DNA of 63,269 nucleotides, filler included, from Octopus bimaculoides (taxonomy: Eukaryota): assembly GCF_001194135.2 (NCBI RefSeq). It is 5 parts of 5 records of this genome, joined end to end, with 100 filler letters (N's around TTAATTAATTAA, not from the genome) between each part and the next. Parts side by side here need not be neighbours in the genome. Positions count along the whole stretch, not along the records: positions 12,603 to 31,376 come from NC_068999.1; 4 more parts are not named here. The stretch is one strand, 5' to 3'. The number at the start of each line of letters is the position of its first letter. The first letter of the stretch is position 1. The notes beneath the pieces were generated by a model. It saw only the letters and a list, made by a program, of their open reading frames with translations. It was not told where the DNA came from and made no database searches. Positions 12,503-27,200 of the stretch are shown here, in pieces. The translations under genes and the position numbers were made by a program.

Positions 12503-15500
12503 NNNNNNNNNNNNNNNNNNNNNNNNNNNNNNNNNNNNNNNNNNNNTTAATTAATTAANNNNNNNNNNNNNNNNNNNNNNNNNNNNNNNNNNNNNNNNNN
12601 NNATATATACATATATGCTTAAATATTCATCAGCTGAAAGTCTCTACTCTTTGCTTTTTCTTCTCTTGGAAGTATACATATATACTCTGTTCGTATTTCA
12701 TGCACAATCCGTTATAGTTAATATATTCAATTTGTTTATCCACATAATTGCCTCCACTTTTGCTCAACTCGATCCCTCTTAATTATAGCCATCCATTTAC
12801 CTCGCGGAATTCATCTCCTGTAAAGTCGTCGGAGTCTTAAGTTTGGATCATTTCAGTGCTAATGTATCTTGTATACTGAAAATCTCTGGATCTCCTCTGT
12901 GAATTATATGTGTGTGTGTGTGCATGTGTATGTGTGTGGGGTGCGTGTGTGTGTTTCTTTCAGTTTTCTCTATCAAATCCACTCCGAAGACTTTGTTCGG
13001 CCCGTGGCTATAGGAAAATATATTTGCCCAAGTAGCCACGCATTTAGGTTGAAAAAGGAATCATGTTGTTGAGAAACAAATTGTTATCTTATATCAACCC
13101 AACACATGCACAGACACACACACATTCATAGAGGCATACAGGCAAACAGAGAGAGCCATATAAACCGGCCTTCTCTGTTTCTACTTTTCTTCGAGGATAT
13201 AATCTGCATTTTGTTTTCAATTAGAGTTTAACTTTTTTCTGTTTTCCAACCTCTGCTTTCTCATTAATATTTTTGCAGTCTTATATAATTTAATTTTATC
13301 TATTTAGAGTTTAATTTTCTTCTAATTTATTAGTTGTTATCTGACTTCCTTTCTGTGTCTCTTCATTAGCCAACCATAATCACGTTTCGTTGTTTCTGTT
13401 TCTCAACTAACTTCCGTAAAGGATCATTCAACTTCTTTAAAATAAGTTGTTTTTAGTTTAAAATTTATATTTTCATTGCTTAGATTTTTCATAATTTTAT
13501 TACAATGGTATTCAAAAATCTTACACATTAGTAGCTGGAAGTTACACATGAATGGTCTACCTAATGACTGCCAATCTGACCTTATAGAACCTAAAATTTC
13601 AAATTCTAAGCTCTTATTTCTATCAGAAATCTCTTTAAATAATGTTTATTCATGCATTGCGATATGCTATATTTTTTGTAGTTGGTACAAAAGCGTGACA
13701 ATAATATTTCAAGTTATTTGCCCAGAAACTAACACTAAGTGTTAAGTCATATCCGCATTGCTAATTCGAAACCCATTTGAAAAGATAATCTTTACTTCCT
13801 TCCATTAAATATTATTCCTTGTAATAAATTTTAGAGTCACTTCTATACACGATTGGAAATGCGTCTAAATTTTATATGACAAATTGTTATATGTTTAACT
13901 GTCTAGATACCTGATACTGAAAATTTGCGATGGCGGTGAAAAATCTGTTGATGGCAGCCGAATTCATGCGTCCTTTCTTTACATTAAGTCCACATTCTCT
14001 ATATCACAAATTGTTTGACTGTCGATAGCTTCCTTTCCTTATTTTGTCTCAGTCTTATTTACTATGTTTTTCAATACTAATGATCAAAATTAGTATTATT
14101 GATTTAGTAGATTAGTAGACTAAACAAATGCAGTAGTTACTGTTTATAATGTATTTAAGAGGTAGAAAAATAGTGAATACATACATTACGTAAGATTTGA
14201 AATGACGAAGGAAATATATACAGGGTTGGCCAAGAGTCACGTAACAATATATCAAAACCATTTAATTCCAAGATTTATGTTTTACAACTGAATGAATTTA
14301 ATATAAGAATCTAAATATGAAACATCATGAAAATTGTTCAAATTGAAATCCTTCTTGGCGACACGTTTTTCCATTCGTGGCAATACAAATTTGCAGATAG
14401 TATTTATGGAATTTTGATTTACTGTCTGGTTACTTTTCGCCGACAATGTACGTATATATACCGGAAGTAACTGTGTTACACTCACAGTGATTTAAGTCAG
14501 CTACACATATCACCAACCGATATCGTCACTGATAATATGACGATGCTGAAACTTGATTGTTTAAGATATAATCGCACGGTAAGGAAAATTCGACTGGATA
14601 ATTCTAATAAAACGGTCTCAGTACTTTCATTTTGTTATATTTTATGGAAGATTCCTTGCTAAGTTAGTCTAGGCGTGTTTTTACCACAGAAGGAAAATAT
14701 TGCAATAAATATGGCATGTCTTTTTCTTCATGTACTTCTGGAAACAGCTAACATATGACACTAATATAGCAGGTAATATTTGTTTCAAAAGTAGACATAA
14801 TATTAGGAAATGAGAAGTTCATTGATGGGATAATCGTAATCGACTACGATGATCCATCAATGGACTAGTGTATAAATTTATACACCCCAAAATAATGAAT
14901 GCTGCTGCTAACTTTGACGAGCTTTGATATCGATACTGAAGAGCTGTTCACATTTGTAAGGCATCTTCCCCGTTGCTGTATCGATTCATCCAGTGTAGCA
15001 TCCTAGTGATATGATAATTACAGCAACAAAAATGCTAGAAACAATAGATTTCTTATATAGTTACTCAAGATCACATTAAATACATTTCTTCACTTGAAAC
15101 TTATTAATAGCGCAGATACCAAAACGATGAAAGACGACGTGAGTGAAGTAAATACATCTAGGATGATTTTCCTATTGTATCTGATATAGAGAGATAGCCA
15201 AACATTAGGATTATGTCATATACTGTGGAAAGCGGAGGGACAAATCCAATTAGGTTTTAGATGCTCTGAATAAATTCTACAAATAATTGTGTATGACACA
15301 TTGATGTTCCTGCGAATTCACAGACTTTATTGTCATAAACATAGCACATGATAACATATCTTGGCGTGAAGCCAATCACGCTCTACGCTGTTAAATTATT
15401 ATAGACAACTAGGTAGATTGACATATATATGTGAGTTTACAGAAGTAAACTAATAGTTCAAAAATACGAAGGAACCCTCCCGAGATGGAACAAGTAAAAC

Positions 15501-15629
15501 CTACGTGGGATTTGGTAACTTAACTTTGTCACACAACTTTTGGACGTATTCTACAGCTTTAAATTGTACAAGATGTGCTACTCTTTATTCTCTCTCTCTC
15601 TATCTCTATCTCCCTCTCTTTCTCTCTTT

Positions 15630-16028
15630 TCTCTTTTATTTCTGTACTTGTTTCAGTCATTTGACTACAGCCATACTGGAGCACCGCCTTTAGTCGAGCA
15701 CATCGATCCCAAGATTTATTCTTTGTAATCGTAGTACTTATTCTATCTTTCGCTAGGTGACAGGGACGTAAACACACCACCATCGGTTGTCAAGCGATGT
15801 TGGGGGAGGGCAAACACAAACACACAAACATATACAACAGATACACACATATATATACACATGTACGACGGTGTCTTTCAGTTTCCGTCTACCAAATCCA
15901 CTCACAAGGCTTTGGTCGGCCCGATGCTATAGTAGAAGACACTTGAGCAAGGTGTCACGCAGTGGGACTGAACCCGGAACCATGTGGTTGGTAAGTAAGC
16001 TACTTGCCACACAGCCACTCCTGCGCCT
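15630..16028 (-). mobile_element. Full-length tRNA-derived SINE family B
   Basis: A box TGGCTGTGTGG, B box GGTTCAGTCCC, central (TG/TA)n and a GGTGCTCCAGTATGGC..GACTGAAACAAGTA tail. Homologous to 47192-47566. Confidence 0.85.
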
Positions 16029-16607
16029 ACATGTTATTTCCTTTATCAATATGTTCCCTGGTGATATTTTTTTTGTTTTAGGAAGGAAGATTTGAACGCT
16101 TGCACTTCTTTATATTCAAGAAATATCACGCTTAAATTTGTATTTGGATATCTATAATTGTTGTCATAGGTTTTCACGTCGACATAGCTGTGAAATATTT
16201 TGTCTGTTATACTGCATTCTTTTTTTGTTATGGAAAAATCATCACATTTGTTGGCTGTCTTTTCTTTCTTTAATATTTTAAATCTTAATATTTTATTAAC
16301 ATTTTTTGCGCTAGCTGCTTTGGTTCGTTCAATGTAAACTCACTTGAGAGTTGATCGGAAAAAGAAGCCATTTTTGCGCTAGAGTTAGACAGAAAATAAA
16401 ATGGAAGTTTTAACAAAACCAACCTTGCTGTCTAACCCCTGTAGACTGCAGACATTCTAAAATTTCCAGTAATAACCCTAGTTCAAATAATATTCAAAAT
16501 GAAAATTAATACCTGCGTTCAACTTGAAAGTCATTGCTAATTATCGGAGAAATGCTTTTAGCGTCTGCAACTTATAACAGCGCGTACAATGAATGACAAT
16601 GATGAAA

Positions 16608-16621
16608 ATAATAATGATGAA

Positions 16622-16683
<62 letters not shown>

Positions 16684-17037
16684 TGATGATAATAATGGTT
16701 ACGTATTTTGCACAAGGCCGGAAATTGTTTGAAGAGGTTTGAGTCGATTACATTGAATCTATTGCTCCGAGCTAGAAAGAATGAAAGGTAAATCGAAAAC
16801 GACGAAAGTTGAACTCAGAACACGAAGAGTGCCGGAACGCCATTAATCATTTTGTCTTTCACGTTAAAGATTCTATCAGTTCGTCGCCTTAATAATAATT
16901 AAATTGATAGCAGTAATGATAACAACAAAGTTAATAATAATAATAATAACAACAACAACAACGACGACGACGACAACGACAACGACAACAACAACAACAC
17001 CAATAATAATAATAATAAAAATAATGATAATAATAAT

Positions 17038-17088
<51 letters not shown>

Positions 17089-17090
17089 CT
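16608..17090. repeat. (AAT)n/(AAC)n tracts flanking a degenerate minus-strand SINE A (about 16700-16850)
   Basis: Microsatellites seen directly. GCACAAGGCC..GTCGATTACA..GAACTCAGAAC are SINE A motifs. Confidence 0.7.
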
Positions 17091-17319
17091 GCATGATACC
17101 TCTTCAAGGCAGAGCTAGAAATGCAATTATCAAGTAGATAATAGGTATTAAGCAGGATCGATATATTCAAAATTGGTAAAGCTAAAAATTGTCATGGATA
17201 AATTAAAATTATTATTGTTACTGAACATGTTAAAGTCATTTAATTTCTGAACGGCTTTGCTGCCGTGTATTTATGTACTTTCAATATGTATCCATCGGTA
17301 TAGATAGTGACATGAGTAA

Positions 17320-17665
17320 AATTAATAATAGAGAAACGAAAATTAAACTTTGCAAACAGTAACGCTGCCATAACTTACACGGAAACCATGAACGTGCTTT
17401 GAAGGCAAATGATCAGAGAAAAATTTGAAAGTCAACGCATTACTTCATGTAAAGTAAAGCAAATATATCCAATAATCCAGAACTCTTGCCTGACAGCAGA
17501 TCGATTCCAAAATCTAATCAGTTCGTGCTAGTCACGAGGCCAAACGTCCTTGAAAGTTTCATGTGAATCCATCCAGTGGATATTGAGATATCTTGTCCGC
17601 ACTCAAACAAACAAACAAACGCGACTGAATATATCCCCACCTTCGCTAAGGTGGAGGTAATAATA
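17320..17665 (+). repeat. Dispersed repeat with (AAAC)n and 3' hairpin CCACCTTCGCTAAGGTGG, Helentron/HINE-like
   Basis: 5' part homologous to 6917-7055. The terminal microsatellite plus stem-loop followed by TAATAATAAT is typical of DINE/HINE-like elements. Confidence 0.5.
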
Positions 17666-18908
17666 ATATTAAATCAATGACAATGCAATACTACCAAACA
17701 GCAATAAATAGAATAGAAAACTACAGGAACAAATAAAATAACAAGCCAATAATATTTAAAATAAATCATGAAAGATTTGAAAAATAATGCATATGTTTGG
17801 AACGCACCAGCAATTCTAGGAAGAGAACAAGCTGACACGTATCCGAAATACTTGTGCAAATGCTCTGATAAAAATTAAACAGTGCTCAAAGCAGCTCCAC
17901 AAGTTAGAGTATCAAGGACTTATTGGAATGAATATTAACTGCGTCTCGGAAATGACTAAACAATACTCATACTCGTGGAAGACACCAGAATACGTTTGCG
18001 TGAGAAGTGGTTCCAATTTCTTTGCACGAATTTTAAGCTTTAAATATTTTCTTGGTAACTCGAAATAAAATGCCTTCAAAGGATTTTACTGATCAATTTG
18101 AGAACTGGAGTATATCAGTTTTTTCTTTTATTTTCTGGAAGACATTAAGTAGATGATATAATATAAAATAAGGAGATCTATTTGATACTCTATAAAATTT
18201 AATATTTTTCCCCATACAATCTGATGGTCTTGTTACTGATTACACATTGTTGTGTGTTACAAACAAATTATTCTATTTACGATCTACAGTCCTTCTCTCA
18301 TTCAAAGAATTACATCATCCATGACCTCAGTCTATTTTTTTCTTCTTCTTTTAGGCAGTTGTTCAAGCATTCAACAATAGGAAGCATGTATTGATTGGTT
18401 GATGATTTTCTATAGTTAAATGTGATCAATATCTTATCGGTGGAATACGAATAACCTCCGTGTTGTCTATATGCTACATTTATATTGTTTGTGAAATGTT
18501 ATCACGTTTGAAAATCTTTCGTATAGAAAATGTGTCTACGAAGAGAATAACATCATTGCAGAAATTTGTCTTTGTGTGCATTACCTGGAGTCAATGTTTT
18601 AATTATGGCTTTGCTCTATCGCAACAAAATTTATTTACTAAGAGAGGCAAATAACAAAGCCCAAATGGGATATGTAAATAAATTTTGTAGAAGAACGAAA
18701 GAAGTGATTTATGCTGCGTGATATNNNNNNNNNNNNNNNNNNNNNNNNNNNNNNNNNNNNNNNNNNNNNNNNNNNNNNNNNNNNNNNNNNNNNNNNNNNN
18801 NNNNNNNNNNNNNNNNNNNNNNNNNNNNNNNNNNNNNNNNNNNNNNNNNNNNNNNNNNNNNNNNNNNNNNNNNNNNNNNNNNNNNNNNNNNNNNNNNNNN
18901 NNNNNNNN

Positions 18909-18943
<35 letters not shown>

Positions 18944-19560
18944 ATATATATCTGTTAAAGTATTTCTTGTTGCTTTGGTGTTTTTACGTTAACAATTTAC
19001 TAAATATATTCAATGAATTAAGTCATCTAAATGACGGAAACATTATTAAAACAGCGAATGAGAGCCTACTCACTCGAGCAGCCACTTAAAATTAGCTAGG
19101 AAATCTTCACCCTATTGACCTAAAATGACATGTTAGACAAGTCCTGCCAAAAAAATAACAATAAGTTTAATGTCTGAAAATTTCTCAAAACGTATTATAC
19201 TCGATAAGAGTTGATCTGGCATAAATCAAAGTTAAAAACAAAAGTATGAAACGTATAAGTGCCATGGGTGACAAGAGAGATATATTTCCCAATGCACATT
19301 CGCTAATATTTCAAAGTGAAATGCAGGAATGAAAATAGGATTTCGAAATGAATAATATAAGTTATAAAAATATATATGGTTTAGAAACCTGAAGTTCTTG
19401 TCACTTCAACACATTGTTATAACTTGTATGAAGTTGAAAATAAATGAAAATGGCGAATGGAAAAGGAACAAAAGAAAACAAAAAAAGCTTAAGTAACATA
19501 CGGAATTTTAGGGAGATTGGAAGAAGAAGAAGCAGCATCAGCAGCATTAGTAGTGGAATA

Positions 19561-19596
19561 AGGGTTAGGGTTAGGGTTAGGGTTAGGGTTAGGGTT
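19561..19596 (+). repeat. Short interstitial (TTAGGG)n tract
   Basis: Six AGGGTT units seen directly. Confidence 0.9.
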
Positions 19597-19959
19597 GTAG
19601 GGCGAGCAAAACACAAAGGAGGTGGAGAAGTAACAACTGAAGCAGCAGCAGCAGCAATGATAGTATCAGTAAACGTGAAACCAATAAAAGTATTTATTAT
19701 CACAGTTGCTGCAAATCGACCCCAGGACTTATTTTTTTGTAAGCCTAGTATTTATTCTATCGATTTTTTTGCCGAACAGCTAGTTTACGGGTCGTAAACA
19801 CACCAGCATCTGTTGTCAAGCGATGTTGAGGGGGAGGGACAAAAAAATTGTGATCTCTACGGTCAACATTAGATAGGATCCATAGGCAGAGACCCAGATA
19901 ATGGGAGCCACACTCATTTTTCCCGATGCATGAATCTTCTTCCAGAGGCTGGGATAGCG

Positions 19960-21260
19960 AGCTATTCATGATGCACAGACATGTGTCATTCCAAACTCAT
20001 CTAAACACGATAAACTCCGCCTCATCTCTTACATCTTAGAGAGAGTAGGTAAGAAACATGGCATGGATAGGTCCCTGATCAGCTTGGGTGAACGAAATGC
20101 TTTTCATAGAATCGACTACCAAAGCTGTCCTCCCGATGGCAGTTTTTGGTCCCCCTCTTCAGTGGTTGGATCGCTGCGATGTACAGCGACATCTGATCGG
20201 CGGTGGTCAAAGTGAATACCTGCACGTCGGAATCATGTATTAACGAACGTTCGGTCCGTCAAGTATGTCAAATCTTGTTTCTTTTGCATGTGCTGGCTCC
20301 CCAGGCATTGGTACGGAAACTGGAGGCTTCGAGATACATCTTGCATGAAATTGGATGCAGAAGGTTCGAGTAGGCCTCCGAATTCCTTATAATAGTATCG
20401 GAGATCTCGCTATATTTTAGACAGGATTTTCTGCAGTGTGTCTCATGGAGAGAACCAGGGTCCCGGTTTATGTGTACACAGAAAAGATGTGCTTGCCGCT
20501 TGTTAGTGTGACCAAACGTAGACTGTCTTCTGCCAGTCTGCAACTGAGGTATTTAGAATTTCCACACTGCAATTCCATACGGAATTAGTGACGGCCAAGA
20601 GTTGAATCGTCTTGTAATTTCCCGAGAAATATTTGGACCAAGACTCATGGACATTTCCCAAAATTTGTTGGACTTGCAGTGGTAGGGTGGCGGCGGAGAA
20701 TCGTAGTTTTCTAGACAAACTCTATGGACACAAATTTCTGTCTTACGGACATATGTGAGATGTACACAGGGTGAATACACGCATCTGAAAGCAATTGATC
20801 AGTGTACCGGCATTGCAGTCTTTTGGAGCATTTGGAACAAGTGTTGAGGCGTGCAGGACGTTTCTGTTTATGAACAAAATTCATACTGTTGGTTGCCCCG
20901 CAGCCTTCTTCTGACCGTTAAGGGAAGATACTTTTCTCTGTATGGTGGCCATGATGAAAGGGGTTGTGTGGTAGACGAGGTTGAAATAAGTTAAGACATA
21001 TACTTTTTTCTTTGCTCATGCTCTCGACGACTTTTTCAAGTTAAAAATGAAAAGGAAGCTGAGGGAAGAGAGGTAAGTGCTTGGCCCAGTATATTTGTTT
21101 AAAACTGGGTGAATATGGTGAGGACGAACCATGTGAATTGGCCAAGTCTGAACATACGCCAAGGCCGGATCGGATGATGCGGAGTGAGTTTCCACCTCAA
21201 ATGACATTGGCGGACATAGTGACCACAATGTATAGGCTTCCTTGGTTGCCCCACGGTCAA
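19960..21260 (-). mobile_element. Possible highly decayed LINE relic (RNase H-like traces, I/Nimb/Ingi-like)
   Basis: More GC-rich than its surroundings. Weak minus-strand motifs xLDG..IAAIQ..VVDSMKS. Speculative. Confidence 0.25.
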
Positions 21261-21427
21261 AATCACCGCTCTTTCGTACATTTTGTTTTCATTGTTATTG
21301 TGTTAAAGTATTTTTGCCTAGCCTCCCTTTGTCCCTTTCATTTTGTGGCCAATAAAGAAAATAATAGTGGTAGTGTTCGTGGTGGTAGTGTTCGTGGTGG
21401 TGGCGTTCGTGGTGGTGGTGGTGGTGA

Positions 21428-21467
<40 letters not shown>

Positions 21468-22185
21468 CATGATGGTGTTGCTGGCGTTAGTTGTAGTGAT
21501 AAGTGTTGCGTTTGGTGAAGAAGTAGTACTCGTATATATTGATGTAGAGTACATATAAGAAAATACGGTGAAAAATAAATAATTAACAGTACATTTAGAA
21601 AAAATTAAATGAACTGAAACTACAATAAAAGGACAGAAAAATGGTGTAAAACTGGTTGAAGTAGATGAAGTGAAAAAGAAAATAAGAAAAGAGCAAAAAA
21701 TATTGAAAACAAAACAGAAAGGATATCGGTAAATAAACTGGCAACGGAGGAAAAAAATACCAATTCAGAATTTCAAAAGTAAGAAATAGTAAAAAACAAA
21801 AAACACTAAAAAATATATAATGAAAATATAGAAAATGAAGATAAAAACATATACGAATACGAGAATGTAACAGAAAAAAAAACAAAAAAAAATCAAAAAT
21901 CATTTTTAAAACAAAGAAAGTAGAACAATAAGTTAATATATTGTTCAGAAACTTGACAGTTAAAATTTATTGCTGAGTAAAATTGGAAAATAATAGAGAT
22001 TACGTTTATATTTAATGGGATTAGTGATACAGGAAGAGGGAGTATGGATACTTAAAAGGGAAGCAATCCTATTATAAAATTCTGTATAAGGATAAGAATC
22101 GGTAGGTACGTGTGTGTATGTGTCTCTGTGTGTATGTATATATGTACACACACACACAAACACACGCACACACTTAAATACACAT

Positions 22186-22281
<96 letters not shown>

Positions 22282-23435
22282 TCATACACACACACACATA
22301 TATATACACATATATACCCTATTTATCTATTTACACACACACCAAGACACACACGCACACGTGCACAAATATATACACACATAAACACATACACGCACAC
22401 ACACACACATATGGGCTATGCGAATGTGCAAATGTGTGTGTTTATTTGCATATGCGTGCGACTCTTAATGTCTTCATGTGTGCGAATTAGATGGTAAATG
22501 ACACAAGACTTCTACAATAAATAGTAAAAGAAATTGTGAAAATGAATAACCAGAGTTTCCTGTTCATTCAGTTAAAGAACAGATGATAAATTAAGAGACG
22601 ACTGTTGAGTTTAGCACTGTTTTCTGTCTCAACGTTATGAAACACTGAGAAAAATATTGATTTTCCGCTTATATTTTGTTCTTATTTTCTTTATTATTCG
22701 CAAACCGTGTTTTATTAAGAAAAAAGTGCGGGTCGTGGTCTATTGATTTGACCTCAGTATATTAACGGCATTTCGATTTATCGATCCATGAAAAACAAAA
22801 GGAAAACTCAATCAGGGCGTTTGCATGAGCAATATAGCGTGATAGCATCAATACGTTCGATTTGGCAGGACGCATTGTACATATTTGTATTAGAACATCT
22901 GTTGGAATAAACGAACAGAATAAAGTACAAACATGTAAGTCATTATATAAATTGCTGGTATATACTATACTTGTGTCACAATAATTTGAATCATATAGGG
23001 AACAATTGCATGATTTTGGATAGTTTGATGGGTGATTTCTACCATCTTCTCTCAGTGTAGCATAGTGGAATGAATACGCTGTGGAGACGATAGTGTCCGA
23101 AAGTCTTCTTCACGGTTCATTGAATTCTCGCCTGTAAACTAAATGGTATTTTCTCCAAGGACGTGTCATCTCCGCTATGAGTGGATCATCTTCATGCACA
23201 AACAAATACCGTTTTTGAAATGGCATCCTATACTCTTGGATATATATGAACACATAGGATAATATATTGTCAGTTACCGAATTGTCTATATAAATTACAT
23301 TTGATTTAAAATATATTCTCAAAATCGAGCTCTTGTAGCGTCATCATTTATAGATATATGTTATCTGACAACGTATTTAATTTTGATTTGTTGCTTTGGA
23401 GCAATGACAAAAAACCTGTTATCATAGAATAGTCA

Positions 23436-23722
23436 GAAGTACCAGTGAAATACTGAAGTTGATGTAATCGACCAGAACCCTCCCCAAAATTTCAGGCCCT
23501 GTGCCTTTAATAGAATGGACTATTTAATCGGCAGAATGCTGCGAGCTAGCAGCATTGTTAGCACGCCGGTCAAAAATGCTTAGAAGTATTTCGTCTGACT
23601 TACATTCTGAGTAAATATGACACCGGGGTCGACTTTGCCTTGCATCTATCAGGGTCGATAGCATAAGAACCAGCTTATCCCCTTCCACAAAAATACCGTT
23701 CTTGTGCCAAAAGTTGAAATCA
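23436..23722 (+). mobile_element. SINE family A (partial plus near-complete copy)
   Basis: GTACCAG..GATGTAATCGAC..GGCCCTGTGCC, then GCGAGCTAGCAG..AAATGCTTAG..GGTCGACTTTGCC..TGTGCCAAAAG. Confidence 0.7.
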
Positions 23723-23899
23723 TAATTAATGTGAAGGCCGTATAAAGGTATAGAGAATGAAATGTAAACATTGTGAGTAAATGTTTGCCATAAAGCTTTA
23801 GATATCACTGGTCACACTTCCAACATCAAAAGTGTAAAACATAGAGGTCGCATTCTCTCGGAATTGTTACTTTACATGAAATATCACAACCAACGCAGA

Positions 23900-24430
23900 T
23901 CATGATATAAAAGTAATGACAAGTATGTATGTTAATTCAGATTTCCATGCGTGGTTAAGATTATTGATTTTCCACCATGTGGCTTTGGACAGTCTAAATG
24001 TGTTTTGAAAAGAATGGACATGTCTTATAGAAATATCAGAGTATGATTGGCATGAGCGTAGCCAACTCTTTAAATCGAAAAGGGTAATAGTAAATGCAGG
24101 AAATGCTGTGATATAATGCAGCTTGTTGTTAGGCAGGAGTATGGTGTGACACTGAGACAAATTTATTCTAGTACATCGGTAATTTTATGGGAGTTGGGAA
24201 AGAGTAGATGGACATTGCTATGTTCAGCGGTTCCGACTAAGTTATAAAAACAATGTTAATTGTACTGTCAGGTGAGTTTTGTAAAGTGTCAAGAATAACA
24301 GCATCTGGACCTGATGAGAATGGCATAGTGTTGGAATACATTCCCAAATATATCTAATGTTCGTCTTTCTGATTTCACTATGTCCATTCTATCTAGGTTC
24401 TGTCTACGTCTAATATTATTCTGCAAATTA
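23900..24430 (-). mobile_element. CR1-type LINE relic
   Basis: Minus-strand VDYNL..DIVKSERRTLDIFGNVFQ resembles the CR1 RT C-terminal region. Many stops. Confidence 0.35.
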
Positions 24431-25494
24431 TAATCTACATATGAGAGCGCACGCGTATGTATATCCGTGTATGTGTAAATATGTGACTGTGCGAGTGTTT
24501 CTATATGTACAACTATGTACGAACAGCCATATGTTATGTATATGTGTATATGCGTATGTCTCTGTGTTTTCACAGAGAAACTGATGTAGAGAAAGACATA
24601 AACCAATATATTGATAAGAGGTTGAGGACCGAATTTGGCAAGGAAAATCGAAGCAGTGTAGATAGCCAACTGTCCATCAGATCTCAGTTGAATTAATAGA
24701 GTAATAATTATATACAGTGCCAAGAATGAAGAACTTGTCAGTTCCCATCTATTGCAAGTGAAAAATAAAAGATTAAGTGTGTGGATGTGTTTGGGAAAAC
24801 ATTTTCGCCATCAAAAAATTGTTACCAAGTGGATTTTCTGATTCTGTAAGTGATACAACATTGATATACGTTAGGTTTTCTTTCGCGAAAATGACTATTC
24901 TCAACTAGGAAGACTTCTCTATGCAACAACATAATTATCTGTCGTCTCACGCCGTACAAAATAATATAGTCTTCCACAACAATATTTAATTGCATGTAGG
25001 CATGTATATATTTGTGAAGAAATGTATACGAGTTTATGCATATAGTGTGCTTGTGTGTGTGTGTGATTTTGTGTATACGTGCGTGTTCCTGAATGCTAGA
25101 TCATACAGCAAAATGAAATGTACGTATGAGTGTGTATGTATAGGTACGTGTGCATTAATGTACATATCCACATTTCATTCCAGCAACGTATATGTCATCA
25201 CTATAGATGTTGCTCAAATTCTGTGGATGGAATAAGAACATTAGTATTTAATAGCATATATATGTTTGTGTATATGTTCATATCTATCTATATGATTATC
25301 TACATATCTATGAATGTATCTTATATATATATATATNNNNNNNNNNNNNNNNNNNNNNNNNNNNNNNNNNNNNNNNNNNNNNNNNNNNNNNNNNNNNNNN
25401 NNNNNNNNNNNNNNNNNNNNNNNNNNNNNNAGAAAGAGAGAGATGAGAAAGACAGACAGAGATAGTGAGATAACATATAACAGATGTACGTATA

Positions 25495-25569
<75 letters not shown>

Positions 25570-25575
25570 TGTTAT
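25495..25575. repeat. (ATT)n microsatellite at the 3' end of the R4/Dong-like element
   Basis: Seen directly. Confidence 0.95.
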
Positions 25576-27200
25576 TATTTTCTCTTTATCACAGGTCTTG
25601 TTGAAGCTCCTGGATTCTTCCATGCGTAGAGGGCTTACTACCTGCAGCGTACTTGTTCTTTTCTGCTATCTAGGACTTAGGCAAAGCTTTTGTAACAGTT
25701 CTACTGGGTACACGTTTCTAATTTTCTTTGTATTCCACTTGATGCCTTCTAATATTTTTCCGAAGGATCTAACAAAAATTGGCACTATCTTTACTTGCTT
25801 ATGTTTCCATAGCCGCGCTATATTGTACTTAAGAGGATTATATCTATCTATATTTTTGTCTTCCTTCTTGACTATTCGTAGGTGAACGTGACATGCAACA
25901 TCAACTATATAGTTCATGAGGTTGTACCTTTTCCATCTAGGACCGCTCTGTTATGCTCTAATACCTGATTGGATGAGGGAATCTCAGAGGATTTTGCTAC
26001 TGTTCGACTCTTGCCTCTGTCTAGCCTTCACATTTTGCAAAGTTTCCAATATAGTACTTTGCGTTGGTTGTGTCGTCACAACTTGTAGTCGTTTGGGGCA
26101 AGACTAGGACATTTGTTCGTAATATGGGCAATGATTTCATCCACTCTATTGAAGATTCGACACAGCGGAGACACACATTCATAAAGTTGACCATCAAGTG
26201 TGTGCATGGTCAAGTATTCCCAGATAGTTATAACTGGATTGAGGTTCAATTGCCATCATGATTTAACCACTTGGCATATATATGCTTTCTGTCCTGGCAA
26301 GCTTTCTTTAACTCATCAATGTCGTAGCACAATTTGACTGTTCAAACTCCATCTTAATATCATTGGACTAGGCTGACCAGTTCTGCCTCTGTTTTTGTTA
26401 ATAGCTTCAAGTCACCCATGAATAGCAAGTGGTTTAGTTTTCCTTTACCACTTTCTAGATCATGCCCCAATTTTCTTTTCTGTAGTATTTCACTCACGAA
26501 TATTTCCTAGCATGAATATCAGTGTGGACACACTGTCCCACTGAAGTATTCCTCTCTTGATATTCACCTCTCCTAGTAATTGCTCCCAGAATGTCAATTC
26601 CGTTTTCCATCATTTCATGCTATTCCATTTTACGTTTCTCATATTCTCTGCTACTTCATACATTTCCATTGTTCTTATTATCCAGGAGTGTGGTATCGAC
26701 TTTGCAAAAGTCGACACAAGCCATGCTCAGGTCTGTATGTCTTCTCTTGCAGTTCCTGATAATTAGAATATTAACTAAGAGCTGGTTCTTCGTTCTACTG
26801 CTCCTTTTCCAGCGTCCTTTCTGTTCAATTGGTAGCAGCCGACTTTTGTCCAAGCTTTTATGTACATCATCTGCCAAATCAGCTGACATTAGATTCCACA
26901 TTAGCGGAAGGTATGTTATTGCGCTTAAGTTGGATGCAGCATTCCCTTTTCAAGATCTTTGGTACATAATGTATTTCCCTTTGACATCCAGCTGGGTACT
27001 GCGCTTTCCTGCAAATGCACATCTAGCTGCTCTGCTATCTTTTCAAGGAGCCCTCTTTGTGTCTTCATCCAATAAGCTTGGAACCCATTCGGTTCTGGGA
27101 TGTTCCAAATTGAGAATTTTCTTTACTGCATTTTCATCAATTATTTAGTTCTCTTTATGTGTTCTTGGACTTCTATATTTCTTAAACTATCTTGGATTTC
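25576..27200 (-). mobile_element. Decayed R4/Dong-clade non-LTR retrotransposon (RT + CCHC + REL endonuclease)
   Basis: EQKGRWKRSSRTKNQLLVNILIIRNCKRRHTDLSMACVDF (RT), DVAC..KKEDKNIDRYNPL..VKIVPI..ELLQK (REL endonuclease). 3' end abuts (TAA)n. Confidence 0.75.

Noticed and set aside
12547-12558. TTAATTAATTAA islands inside N runs (also 31421-31432, 41769-41780, 61067-61078)
   Set aside because: The same 12-mer sits centred in each N run (44 N + 12 + 44 N = 100 at the one counted exactly) and has stops in all six frames. It is an assembly gap spacer, not biology.
19444-19797. 117-aa ORF with RVRVRV and AAAA runs
   Set aside because: Low-complexity product of TTAGGG and GCA repeats.
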